Assembly: GCA_038844925.1 (NCBI GenBank)
Contig: JAWBQY010000001.1
Location: 152,629-216,628, forward strand
Origin: Sulfolobales archaeon
GTDB lineage: Archaea; Thermoproteota; Thermoprotei_A; Sulfolobales; NBVN01
Reading direction: 5' to 3'
Length of the DNA: 64,000 bases
In this document: positions 10,501 to 20,553 of the stretch, one piece after another
Layout: each line of letters starts with the position of its first letter
Numbering within the stretch: position 1 is the stretch's first letter
Made by a program: the position numbers and the translations under genes
The notes under the pieces: generated by a model
Databases searched by the model: none
The model's input: only the letters and a program-made list of their open reading frames with translations
What the model was told of the DNA's origin: nothing

Positions 10501-11207
10501 TCATTCTTTAAAGAAACTAATTTCTTAGCATGTACTATTGATTCATCACTAACTCCTATGCATTTGAGGATTAGGTCGACGATTGAGGAAGTCTTCAGCA
10601 ACGCATCAAAATCATCTACGGCAACTACATCTAATCTTAAACTACTTATTAATTCCTTATTCCTATGGATGAAGTTATGAGTTACTATAGCTATAAAATT
10701 ACTGCTTAGTTCACTACTCTTAATACTGTCAGAAGTAACTAACTTAACACTAAATACATTATAACTACTTAAAACCCTATGCACGTGGTTCATTAACTCC
10801 CTAGTAGGTACTATGTAGAGTACCTTACCACCATTAACTGCTCTATATAGAGAGTATATGAGGAGTAAAGTAGTCTTCCCAACACCGGTAGGTGCTATTA
10901 ATGCGAAGCTCTCATTGGAAATCATCCTCCTAGCCCACGTTCTCTGAATACTCCATAACTCCTTACCACTAACCTTGTTGAAAAACCTACTAAATTCTTC
11001 TAACTCAGACTCAACATCGAGGAAATTTAAGTACTTACCTAACCTATGCGTGCTAAGAAGTTTATCCCTAATAAAAGACCTAGAAACATGGGGGACTTCG
11101 CACGTCTCATCAATCGGTAAGCAATTAACGCAGGGTAATCCAGACCTCATCCTAACCTCATCTATATCCCCGCCGCAGTTCGGGCATAAACCACTATATA
11201 TCAACAT
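7575..11207 (-). CDS. rgy: Reverse gyrase
   Basis: 1210 aa. It has an N-terminal Zn finger (CPNCGG...CVNC), a helicase domain (APTGVGKT Walker A) and a C-terminal topoisomerase IA domain (TOPRIM ESPTKAKT, DPDDEGE, ITYHRTDS active-site Tyr region). Confidence 0.95.
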   Translation of the reverse strand: MLIYSGLCPNCGGDIDEVRMRSGLPCVNCLPIDETCEVPHVSRSFIRDKLLSTHRLGKYLNFLDVESELEEFSRFFNKVSGKELWSIQRTWARRMISNESFALIAPTGVGKTTLLLIYSLYRAVNGGKVLYIVPTRELMNHVHRVLSSYNVFSVKLVTSDSIKSSELSSNFIAIVTHNFIHRNKELISSLRLDVVAVDDFDALLKTSSIVDLILKCIGVSDESIVHAKKLVSLKNELAFARYSGNDELVSRLREELFQSSLSLVKSINYSNLGQLLIASATGRGRGERVKILRELLGFEVGAISDYLRNLVEVYSEFNDEVLKELLSKLVGGTLIFVSKDLGLNHSKRLVSTLKEWGFKAATATSRRVLDMFREGVVDVVVGVATYYGILTRGLDEPLRVYNTVFVGIPKNEFYLDNMLLNPRTFVYISTELSKLGSGFTVSEDLIRKLRNLPPKKFKALTYALRDLIEVDGQLLELKEEVLNASKVVKEVISDYLRSNPKLVLGDYILKYRNGRVVVWSPDIMTYIQASGRSSRLYNGLMTLGLSVLLVDDLDLLNIFIRKLRNYVPTANITDLRRVDLDEVKKKQVESRSVRLGTSSSINTSVKSALVVVESPTKAKTIASMFGRPGRRYLGEYVVYETVIPVDDKVYVASIASTFGHITDLIVDEGLHGIRLDSSGLIPVYTSIKKCFDCGYQFTSKVGECPRCGSPRLRDSIKVIDILRKLAQEVDTVFIATDPDDEGEKIAYDVFLAVTPFARDIRRVEFHEVTRKALIGAIKSSRDIDLSRVSAQVVRRVDDRLVGFEVSNILKKYFNKYWLGGGRVQTPVLSWVVNNYRKYVDGRGYNVVIKLFDKYYLTIFLKVRDEALKLAEDVRRNGVKLVRIYDDVRILQPKPPLTTDELLVEASNILKLPATTIMKLAQDLFELGLITYHRTDSTHVSSTGIEVAREYLTKKDLQALFKPRSWGEVGTHECIRPTRPIDASELYNYAINELYMRLTGNHFRLYNLIFNRFISSQMCEAEVRFNSYIAEVGGFKRSVEVPVHVLREGFLKVYSNLAIVPVLGCQDVLVVQPQDVKVVKGSEVRLLDVGSVIKMMKSRGIGRPSTYAKSVDNNIRHGYLILSKKRMFLIPTKLGIEVYDLLAENIPEIVSEAMTKEVENLLEAVRSNMLSRDEALALLLSDVIRIRLRGVTALSSDLVGGFDGLDAVLSG

Positions 11208-11602
11208 CTAATGACCCGTTTAGAAGACTATACCATTCAAGGACTTATTAAGGCTATCCCCTAATGAATGATTAGGAATGTGACACACCAGTACATGAAC
11301 TTACATCATAACATATCTTCTAAGCATCTAAACCTCTCCCACCCTTAAGGACGGGATGTTTTCTTCTCGGCTTTTGAGGAAGATATTTATAAGCGTTGTT
11401 TCTGTTCATTTTCGTATGAACTTAGGCGGTGATGTGAGTAGTACTCCAAGCTACCTGGGGACAGAATTAGATGGGAGTTACATGTTGTTTAGTTCGACAG
11501 CACCCGTGAACCCGTTTTCTTCCTGGATATTCGTTTTTATTTGTTTATTATTTATTTGTATCAAGGGACTTCCACCTTCCACACAGACTTAGGTATCCGC
11601 AT

Positions 11603-11648
11603 GGGGTTCAGCTCTGATATAGGTTTATATTGGTTGGTTTCATTGCCT
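11603..11648. repeat. Copy 1 of a perfect 46-bp direct repeat (GGGGTTCAGCTCTGATATAGGTTTATATTGGTTGGTTTCATTGCCT)
   Basis: It is identical to 25566-25611, checked base by base. About 30 nt upstream is similar but imperfect. Confidence 0.95.
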
Positions 11649-11817
11649 TCTAACAACTGCTCTAGCATAGGTATATACCTGCTTAACTTGGTGTGCTCTA
11701 AAACCATACCTCTTAAGTTCTGAGTAGAACATTCTATGCAGAGTTTTAATTGATGGTACTTCATCTAGAGTTTAGTTTATAATCTTTTCTCTCCAACATC
11801 TTTATAGGTGGATATAT

Positions 11818-11961
11818 ATGGCTAGAGTTGAGATAGTTAGGTGTAGTGTTATAAAGTACAGGAGAGGGGACTACGTCCTCTACCCGTTGGGAAGGGACAA
11901 GGAGAAAATCAAACACCTACACGGAAAAGAAGTCTACACACTAATCATAACAGAAGAGTAA
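11818..11961 (+). CDS. 47-aa hypothetical protein, member of the element-associated small-ORF family
   Basis: ATG...TAA encodes MARVEIVRCSVIKYRRGDYVLYPLGRDKEKIKHLHGKEVYTLIITEE. It is below the ORF-track cutoff. A frameshifted homologue lies at 48243-48363 next to an intN fragment. The pattern is weakly AbrB/SpoVT-like. Confidence 0.35.
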   Translation: MARVEIVRCSVIKYRRGDYVLYPLGRDKEKIKHLHGKEVYTLIITEE

Positions 11962-12064
11962 CATCAAACAATACAAACCTATATGAAACCTGAAACAGCC
12001 GCATAAGCTTTCATACGTGATTTAAAACAGTTGCAAAAGGCTTATATTTTTTATAACTGCTTAG

Positions 12065-13693
<1,629 letters not shown>

Positions 13694-13700
13694 AGGCTTC

Positions 13701-13958
13701 CTACCCTAAGACCTTACCCTCAATAACTAACATCGTCGTAGTTGACTTAACCTTAGAAATACGTCTTATCTTATTAATAATTATCTCACGTAAAGCCTCA
13801 TGAGTCGGTGCTTCAACCTTAACAACTACGTCGTAAATCCCGTAAACCTCGTAAACCTCCTTAACACCTTCCATCTTAGATAATATCTGAGCAACTTCGT
13901 TCTCAGCACCTATCTCAGTATTAATTAATACTATAGCTATAGGCATATAACACCCCAA
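13701..13958 (-). CDS. Stand-alone Lrp/AsnC ligand-binding (RAM) domain protein
   Basis: About 80 aa. The sequence IAIVLINTEIGAENEVAQILSKMEGVKEVYEVYGIYDVVVKVEA fits the AsnC-type C-terminal domain. The true start is probably the second Met. Confidence 0.65.
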   Translation of the reverse strand: MGCYMPIAIVLINTEIGAENEVAQILSKMEGVKEVYEVYGIYDVVVKVEAPTHEALREIIINKIRRISKVKSTTTMLVIEGKVLG

Positions 13959-14035
13959 GATGATTACGGCCTTAAAACTAATAAACCTTACACCGTATTC
14001 TAAGCTTATAAACTGGTTGTGAGTGATATGTAGAG

Positions 14036-14323
14036 GTGGTGGCGACGATTAAGATAGAGAAGTTGAATGATAGGGAGCTAACCATTAAGCTTGTTGGTGA
14101 AGATCATACTATGGGTAACTTAATATCTAAATACGCTCTTAACCATCCAAACGTACAGATAGCTGCATACTCTATAGACCATCCGCTTACAGAGCCACCT
14201 AAGGTTGTATTAGTAACAGATGGTAGTAAAAGCCCTCTCGAAGTCCTGAAGGACGTGATTAAAGAGGTTATTGACACTACTGAAAAATTACTTAAAGTTA
14301 GTGAGGACTTGCTGAGTAGATGA
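14036..14323 (+). CDS. rpoL: DNA-directed RNA polymerase subunit L (Rpo11)
   Basis: 95 aa. The motif EDHTMGNLISKYALNHPNVQIAAYSIDHPL is the conserved RpoL/Rpb11 core. Confidence 0.85.
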   Translation: MVATIKIEKLNDRELTIKLVGEDHTMGNLISKYALNHPNVQIAAYSIDHPLTEPPKVVLVTDGSKSPLEVLKDVIKEVIDTTEKLLKVSEDLLSR

Positions 14324-14673
14324 TTAAGGACGAAGTTAGAGTATTAGTAGTTGATTACGTAACCGATGATTTAATGATATACGTAATCCAAAGAGGTATT
14401 AAAGGCGTAGAACACTTAGGAGTTGTTCACGGCAGCCTCAAAGAACTGCAAGACCACCTCAGATCCAATAACCTAATAAATGAGGTTAAGTATATAGTAT
14501 TACCCGAAGGTAGAGTCCTCAGAGTTGTAGAACGGGGTGAGGTCAGACCTCACGACTTAAGGGATGAAGAGGCCGTACTAATACATAATATAGTGTTAGA
14601 TGGTAAACACATCATCGACTTAGTTAAGAGTGAATTAAAGCTTATAATGACTCAAAAACAGATTAAACAATAA
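14320..14673 (+). CDS. Hypothetical protein, translationally coupled to rpoL
   Basis: 117-aa ORF whose ATG overlaps the rpoL stop (ATGA). No family recognised. Confidence 0.45.
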   Translation: MIKDEVRVLVVDYVTDDLMIYVIQRGIKGVEHLGVVHGSLKELQDHLRSNNLINEVKYIVLPEGRVLRVVERGEVRPHDLRDEEAVLIHNIVLDGKHIIDLVKSELKLIMTQKQIKQ

Positions 14674-14690
14674 AGTTGGAGGTGTGATAT

Positions 14691-15041
14691 ATGGTGGAGT
14701 TCTGCCCTAAATGTGGGGCGTTACTAGTACCTCAAAAACTGGGCAATGGTAATAGAGTTGTATTAGCATGCACTAAATGCGGCTTTAAGAAGGAGTTAGG
14801 TAAGGAAGGCAAGTATACGTTAAGTCAGAGCGTTAAGCACTCCCAGAAGGATAAAACGTTAGTTATTGAGTCAGAAGTAAATGTTGAAACACTACCTAAG
14901 GTTAAAGGTGTGGTAGCATGCTCTAAGTGCGGTAATGATGAGGCCTATTACTGGTTCCTCCAAACCAGGAGGGGTGATGAACCACCTACAAGGTTCTACA
15001 AATGTGTAAAATGCGGACACGTGTGGAGGGAGTACGAGTAA
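14691..15041 (+). CDS. tfs: Transcription factor S (TFS; TFIIS/RpoM-like)
   Basis: 116 aa with two zinc ribbons (CPKCG...CTKCG and CSKCG...CVKCG). The FLQTRRGDEPPTRFYKC loop carries the acidic DE pair. Confidence 0.9.
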   Translation: MVEFCPKCGALLVPQKLGNGNRVVLACTKCGFKKELGKEGKYTLSQSVKHSQKDKTLVIESEVNVETLPKVKGVVACSKCGNDEAYYWFLQTRRGDEPPTRFYKCVKCGHVWREYE

Positions 15042-15065
15042 TTCTAATCTACTGCTTAACTCGTT

Positions 15066-15467
15066 CTAACTCTTACGCATCCTTAAGTAGACTACGCTAC
15101 TCTTAGGTATTATTAAGCCCTTATCCCCTACTCTAATTCCTAACTCATACCTCGAGATCTTCATAAGCCTCCCACTCAACTTCCTACCATCTACTAATAT
15201 CATATCGACATCAACCCCTATGAAGTCAGAAGTTATTAGTGAGTCATCCAATTCCATACCACGCTCGCCGTGAAGGTCTGCAGCATTCACCTCAACGTAG
15301 GTAAGTCCGTGTCTAAAGACTATGTAAAAATAATCACGTACAGTTAGCCCCAACTCATACTTAGCAACATCATCTACCACTCCCTCAAAATTCTCACCAT
15401 TGACTAAGAAGACCTTCACAACCATACCTCTAAACCTACTATCTATGATGTTATCCCTTAAAGGCAA
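15066..15467 (-). CDS. Hypothetical protein with two Sm/Hfq-like repeats (inferred)
   Basis: 133 aa with a TTG start. Two similar segments (VVKVFLVNGENFEGVV...YELGL and VDMILVDGRKLSGRL...YELGI) resemble Sm1-type strands. The assignment rests on pattern only. Confidence 0.35.
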   Translation of the reverse strand: MPLRDNIIDSRFRGMVVKVFLVNGENFEGVVDDVAKYELGLTVRDYFYIVFRHGLTYVEVNAADLHGERGMELDDSLITSDFIGVDVDMILVDGRKLSGRLMKISRYELGIRVGDKGLIIPKSSVVYLRMRKS

Positions 15468-15510
15468 CCACCAACACCAATATAATGTAGTGTGTTATAA
15501 GGATATATAC

Positions 15511-15576
15511 CTAGGGGTGTATCCCCCTTCTAACGATTCCTAAGAGAGGAATAGTTTTTAGGTTATTCACCCCTAG
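15511..15576. repeat. Nested inverted repeats: 9-bp CTAGGGGTG/CACCCCTAG enclosing a 6-bp hairpin ATTCCT-AAGAG-AGGAAT
   Basis: Read directly from the sequence. It lies in the 160-nt spacer between the ABC permease stop and the next gene start. Confidence 0.8.
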
Positions 15577-15628
15577 CTAGATATAGAACAGCAGAGATCT
15601 AAACACCCATCAAAATAGGTAACTAAGG

Positions 15629-16882
15629 TCACTCATACCTTAAAGCCTCTACGGGAACCATTTTAGAAGCCTTCCAGGCTGGGAGTAAGCCCCCAACAAC
15701 GCCGACTGCTAGAGATAGTCCGAGGGCCCTAGTAATTAACCACCAAGTAATCTTAGGCTCTGAAACCACTGTCCAAGTACCTACAAGTCTTAAAGGTCTA
15801 TATGCGATGAAGTAAGCACCTATGATTCCTCCCGTAATTCCAGATGCAACCCCTATCAGGGTCATGAGTATTGATTCGAAGAGGAATAATGTTAACACGT
15901 CATTACTACTAAATCCTAAAGCCTTCAAAACACCTATCTCCCTAGTCCTCTCAACTACTGATGTAAACATCGTGGACATTATGCCGGTAAAAGCTACTGC
16001 AAAGCTTATTGATGATACAGTGAAGAATAGATTGTCAAGTATGTTTATTATATTACTTACAGTCTTAGCTATCTCCTTAAGTGATATTATCTGTACGTTA
16101 TCACCGTAAATATCCTTAAGTCTACTAACTAAGCTATCAACTAAATCAGCACTCTTAGCAATTATGAAAATACCTGAATAATCTCTTAAATTTAGTAGGG
16201 ACTTCCCAGCCTGTAGCGGGAGGAATATAGACTCGTCTGGATTGACGGGGAATACGGACCCGTAGGGAGCTAAGACGCCTGAAACCCTAGTTGAAACAGT
16301 CTTTAATAATGGTTTACCATCCCTCATAACTAGTATGTTAACCGTTATTGCATCACCGACGCCGTAGTACCTAACCTTATCTGATGATACGACCTTATCA
16401 CCAACTACGCAGTACGTATATAGCGTGGGTGGCGGTATCATACCCTCAGCTATTTTACTACCTACTACTATCTTATTCAGTAGGTTTAGGTCTAAGGCAT
16501 AGATAGTAACCACCATTGTAGTGCCATCAGGCTTTCTAAACTGACCTCTAGATTGGTAAAACGGGGTCAACGTATCAACTTCCTCTAAAGTCTTTATCCT
16601 ATCTACGTCTGAGTCGCTTAACCTATAATCCTTGGCTGGAAATAACACTACGGTGTTCTGACCTAATGATTGGAGCTGATCAACTATAGTACTCGTATAT
16701 CCTTCCGTAGTCCCTATTATGGATACCATAGCTGCTGGACCTATAGCTATGCCCAATATGGTTAGAATAGACCTTAGCCTCCTCTCCCTTAAAGCACTAA
16801 ACGCTAGTACGACTATGTCAACTATGTTGAGCACTTCTCCCAACCCTCTTCTTAAACCACCATAGATAGAACACAGTAACAC
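15629..16882 (-). CDS. ABC transporter permease, FtsX/MacB-like
   Basis: 417 aa. It has an N-terminal TM helix, a large extracytoplasmic loop and a C-terminal FtsX-type TM bundle (REIGVLKALGFS). The annotated start overlaps the upstream gene by 65 nt, and GTG 16834 is an alternative start. Confidence 0.8.
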   Translation of the reverse strand: MLLCSIYGGLRRGLGEVLNIVDIVVLAFSALRERRLRSILTILGIAIGPAAMVSIIGTTEGYTSTIVDQLQSLGQNTVVLFPAKDYRLSDSDVDRIKTLEEVDTLTPFYQSRGQFRKPDGTTMVVTIYALDLNLLNKIVVGSKIAEGMIPPPTLYTYCVVGDKVVSSDKVRYYGVGDAITVNILVMRDGKPLLKTVSTRVSGVLAPYGSVFPVNPDESIFLPLQAGKSLLNLRDYSGIFIIAKSADLVDSLVSRLKDIYGDNVQIISLKEIAKTVSNIINILDNLFFTVSSISFAVAFTGIMSTMFTSVVERTREIGVLKALGFSSNDVLTLFLFESILMTLIGVASGITGGIIGAYFIAYRPLRLVGTWTVVSEPKITWWLITRALGLSLAVGVVGGLLPAWKASKMVPVEALRYE

Positions 16883-19800
16883 ATATGATGAATGCCACGA
16901 CCCCTACTACTAGCATTACATTAATTGACGGTAATTCGAGTGGTTGAGGCGTTTGAGTAGGAGTTACATTAGTTACTACATTAATATAACGTACTTCTTC
17001 ATAAGTCCTTAACTCGTGGAAGACGTCATAGTATGTGATTAATACCTTAACGCTATACGTACCGGGAGGTACGTCACCCCTGACAACTGCCTTCAAGGAT
17101 ATTGGTATCTGAGAGTCTGGGTCTATATTACCTACGTAATACGTACTTCTATCGTAGATTGCCTCCGAGTCTAAAGATACTACAGTATGTCTTAATGGTG
17201 TTTTACCCTCGTTGACTATTGTTGCTGAGAAAGTTATCATGCTCCCATTAGCTACTACCTCAGGAGTGATCTGAGGGCTTAATAATCTAATAGCTTCTAA
17301 ACCTTTAACTACTAAGGTCGACGTCAGATTTAACGTGTAAACCCTACCGCTAAAGTCTTGAAGAACTGCGGTAAATAATATTGGGTAGGGACCCTCAATT
17401 ACCTCAGGATTAGCCGTAGCTCTGAATGTAAGCGTTACCGTATCACCCCCTCCGATCGAGTCAACGTATTTAACTGGGTCTGATATGCTTATACCTGAGT
17501 AGGGTGATAGGGCGAATATTACTAGATTGTAGATGGGTGAGTCACCTAAATTCGTAAATTTAAATCCAACTTCACTAACCGCTTTACCAGCTACTACTAC
17601 GTTACCTACTGGTTCGACGGTGAGTACCCTAGACTTACTTAAAATATATGGAGACGTTTCTATATGTACTTCTTGAACGGCATTCCAGTGATCTAGGAAT
17701 TCCGCAGTAACACCTAAGACTGCATCTTCCTCAGGTACTTCTAAGACCCTCACAGGTAGGTCTACGTATATTATATCTCCCTGGGTAATCCTAGCAGGTG
17801 CAGCTAGCTGTGCAGGTAACCCACCTAAGTACTGTATACCTGCTAGCTGTAGTTGTTGGTAGTAGGGAATTGAGATATTTGAAGAGTTATTTGGAACTGC
17901 TACCATACCCTTAGGCAGTTCAAACCTTAACACTAACCCGCTTAAAGAAGGTATTTCATCGCATCTTAAGACTACCCTCATCAGACCTACATCTCCCTTA
18001 GAGGGAGTCGTATTAACCCAGTAAATCCCCACTAACCTCACAGAACTTGAAATATCGCTTACGTAGATCTTAGTTGTGTATGTATCAGATAGTCTAATCC
18101 CATAACCACCTGTTTGGACTACGTAGTCGAAGGTTAACTTCCCTAAGTAAGTACCCGGCCTCACATCCCTACTAACTAACACCTTAAATGAGGTATTAAA
18201 CTGCTGGTACTGCTGTAGAGGTCCTGAGAAGTATGACTCGCATGAGCGCTCACCCCCACATGTAAAACCTTCAGGTAACTCCAACCTAGAGATGACTGAG
18301 TATATCGTATACGGGCCTAAGTTAGCTACCCTCACACTAAATACTGCATTATCACCTGGATACGCTGGCCAATTATTACTCCAATTAGCTTCAACGACAT
18401 AAAGCCTTAGACCTCTGTGATACTCACTTACTGGTAAGCGTATGTTGAATACCTCTACCTTACTTAAATTAGCGGAGTCGAAGTAGGTTACGTACCTGAC
18501 GGTCAGCCTCGCCGTGTAAACACCTGACACTACTGAGGAGTCAATATTTACATAGTACCTTATAGTACAGCTCCCACCTCTCTCAACCCTATCACATGAG
18601 GCGTTGCCATCAGGGAATGCAACTACTAAGCCTTCAGGTAGTTCTATATTGGCGATAACCCCTGTAGCTACGTCTCTACCTACATTAACTAAATCAAGAG
18701 TTAGTGGCAGTAACTTACTGCCTGGTAACGCCTCTCTAGGATTAGCTACATCACCCCACACCACGTTAGCAGGTTCTAATTTAGCGCCGAATAAGCCTGG
18801 ATCCCAAACCTTAAAACCACGTGTTAAATTTCTATAGAGCACTACGTCGGAACTACCTACCCTGATCAAATATCTTAGAGTGATATTCAATAAGTAATCA
18901 CCTGGTACTACATCACTGCCAACATCTAAGGTAAGCCTCAGAGAACACGTACTATATGGGGGTATACCGTTAAAGCAGTCTCCACCAATACTCAGTAATT
19001 TAAAACCTGTCGGTAACTTCACCGTAGGTTCTACCAACTCAACAGCGTACTCATCCCAATTAGACAGAATTACCTCAAGCTCCCCCCTACTGCTCGGAAA
19101 TCCTACACCGTAATTATTAACCCAACGAACTGCTATTATTGATAGGAATTCACCTACATCTAAGACCTGTGATGAGATATTATACTCTTGCAGAACCCTA
19201 ATAGAACTACCTCCAAAATCTATGAAATACTCAACCAATAGCTTAAACTGGTAATTACCGGGACGTACGTTACTACCCACATCAATATTATCGAAAGTTA
19301 GAACCGCCGTAACTCCAGGACCCAACCTACTTGATATAGACGTATTGACTACGTTACCACCGTATAGATGTTTAAAACCATCCGGTAGGAAGAGCCTGCC
19401 CACCAAACCATAAATACTCTCACTACCTACGTTCATCACTACTACTGATAAAGTAGCCTTAGATGTGTTAGGGTAGAGAGGTACCGCCCCCTCCCTGCCC
19501 CAGTACGCATCAACCACCTCTAAAACTCTTAAAACGCTGTAATCAATACTTGAAGTTACGTTAAATAACTGTGTTACGTTAGTAGTCAACCCGTATAAAT
19601 CTAATTGAGAGTTAACATACAGGGTGATATTTAAACTCCCTTCTAAGAGGTCCCTACCGATGTCAATGTTATTAAATCTAAGTTCTATGAGGTCTCCCTT
19701 AACGTAGCGTACGCTCTCAACAGCTAGTGTAGCGTTTCTTAAACCACCGCAGCTGAGTCCCTCCGGAAGTGATATAATTGCATATACATTACGTATTACT

Positions 19801-20432
19801 AAGTCCTCCTTCACCCTTAAGTAGAATACGAGGTCTGCCTTACTAAACTCAGGTGTTAGAGACCTCCGCAAACCACTCTTAGTAGACCAGTAATAATCAA
19901 CGAGTTCTAAAGGCTCCCTAGGCACTTCACTAATCACCATTGGGACGTAGATCGTAGTAGTGTAACTCATACCGCCAACTATCTGATATAGTACGTCTAA
20001 CCTTGCCATATAGCTACCACTCCTCAACTTATCTGAAATATTCAGGTTTGGGAATTCTAGAGTAATAGCATCATACTTACCTAAGGTGAGGTCGGACTCA
20101 CTATACGCTACTTTAAAACCCTCTGAGAATGTGACAATGCCTTGAGGGAGGTATAATTCAGCATAAATCTTCCTCACCTCACTACCACCGACATACATTA
20201 ACGTCACGTAGTAACTTACCTTAGAACTACCGGGGTATACCCTCTCAGGACTTACTTGAGAGTTCCAACCGTACCCTATTAGTTCGAAGTCAGAACTAGC
20301 TGCTGAGATGTAAATAAATTCATGAACTACGACAGCATTAAGTAATACAAACGCTATTAGTAAGACTGCAACCACAGTATTCAGCGACCCACCCATCAAC
20401 ACTACCCTATAGCTCTTATATCTTACATACAA
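16818..20432 (-). CDS. Large repeat-rich surface protein (S-layer-domain/CARDB-like repeats) with N- and C-terminal TM segments
   Basis: 1204 aa. At least seven units of about 100 aa recur, marked by xLxLPxGF/L (LYLPQGI, ISLPEGL, LFLPDGF, VKLPTGF, IELPEGL, LELPEGF, FELPKGM). A hydrophobic N-terminus and a C-terminal anchor VMLVVGVVAFIICVTVFYLWWFKKR are present. Confidence 0.65.
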   Translation of the reverse strand: MYVRYKSYRVVLMGGSLNTVVAVLLIAFVLLNAVVVHEFIYISAASSDFELIGYGWNSQVSPERVYPGSSKVSYYVTLMYVGGSEVRKIYAELYLPQGIVTFSEGFKVAYSESDLTLGKYDAITLEFPNLNISDKLRSGSYMARLDVLYQIVGGMSYTTTIYVPMVISEVPREPLELVDYYWSTKSGLRRSLTPEFSKADLVFYLRVKEDLVIRNVYAIISLPEGLSCGGLRNATLAVESVRYVKGDLIELRFNNIDIGRDLLEGSLNITLYVNSQLDLYGLTTNVTQLFNVTSSIDYSVLRVLEVVDAYWGREGAVPLYPNTSKATLSVVVMNVGSESIYGLVGRLFLPDGFKHLYGGNVVNTSISSRLGPGVTAVLTFDNIDVGSNVRPGNYQFKLLVEYFIDFGGSSIRVLQEYNISSQVLDVGEFLSIIAVRWVNNYGVGFPSSRGELEVILSNWDEYAVELVEPTVKLPTGFKLLSIGGDCFNGIPPYSTCSLRLTLDVGSDVVPGDYLLNITLRYLIRVGSSDVVLYRNLTRGFKVWDPGLFGAKLEPANVVWGDVANPREALPGSKLLPLTLDLVNVGRDVATGVIANIELPEGLVVAFPDGNASCDRVERGGSCTIRYYVNIDSSVVSGVYTARLTVRYVTYFDSANLSKVEVFNIRLPVSEYHRGLRLYVVEANWSNNWPAYPGDNAVFSVRVANLGPYTIYSVISRLELPEGFTCGGERSCESYFSGPLQQYQQFNTSFKVLVSRDVRPGTYLGKLTFDYVVQTGGYGIRLSDTYTTKIYVSDISSSVRLVGIYWVNTTPSKGDVGLMRVVLRCDEIPSLSGLVLRFELPKGMVAVPNNSSNISIPYYQQLQLAGIQYLGGLPAQLAAPARITQGDIIYVDLPVRVLEVPEEDAVLGVTAEFLDHWNAVQEVHIETSPYILSKSRVLTVEPVGNVVVAGKAVSEVGFKFTNLGDSPIYNLVIFALSPYSGISISDPVKYVDSIGGGDTVTLTFRATANPEVIEGPYPILFTAVLQDFSGRVYTLNLTSTLVVKGLEAIRLLSPQITPEVVANGSMITFSATIVNEGKTPLRHTVVSLDSEAIYDRSTYYVGNIDPDSQIPISLKAVVRGDVPPGTYSVKVLITYYDVFHELRTYEEVRYINVVTNVTPTQTPQPLELPSINVMLVVGVVAFIICVTVFYLWWFKKRVGRSAQHS

Positions 20433-20553
20433 ATTTAAATAAAAATTATGAAGAACTCAGCCCACCTCATAAGTGAGGACTCCATCCCGGTAGGAAGGAT
20501 GGGGGTCGGAGTGTGCAGTAATGATGGGAGTTCTAAGATTGTCTCATACTTCA

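Noticed and set aside
11492-11500. GTTCGACAG, the reverse complement of the tRNA-Asp anticodon loop and intron start CTGTCGAAC, as a relic tRNA-Asp half.
   Set aside because: Only a 9-mer is shared, and roughly one chance occurrence is expected in 128 kb of two-strand sequence. Neighbouring bases do not fit the D arm or anticodon stem.
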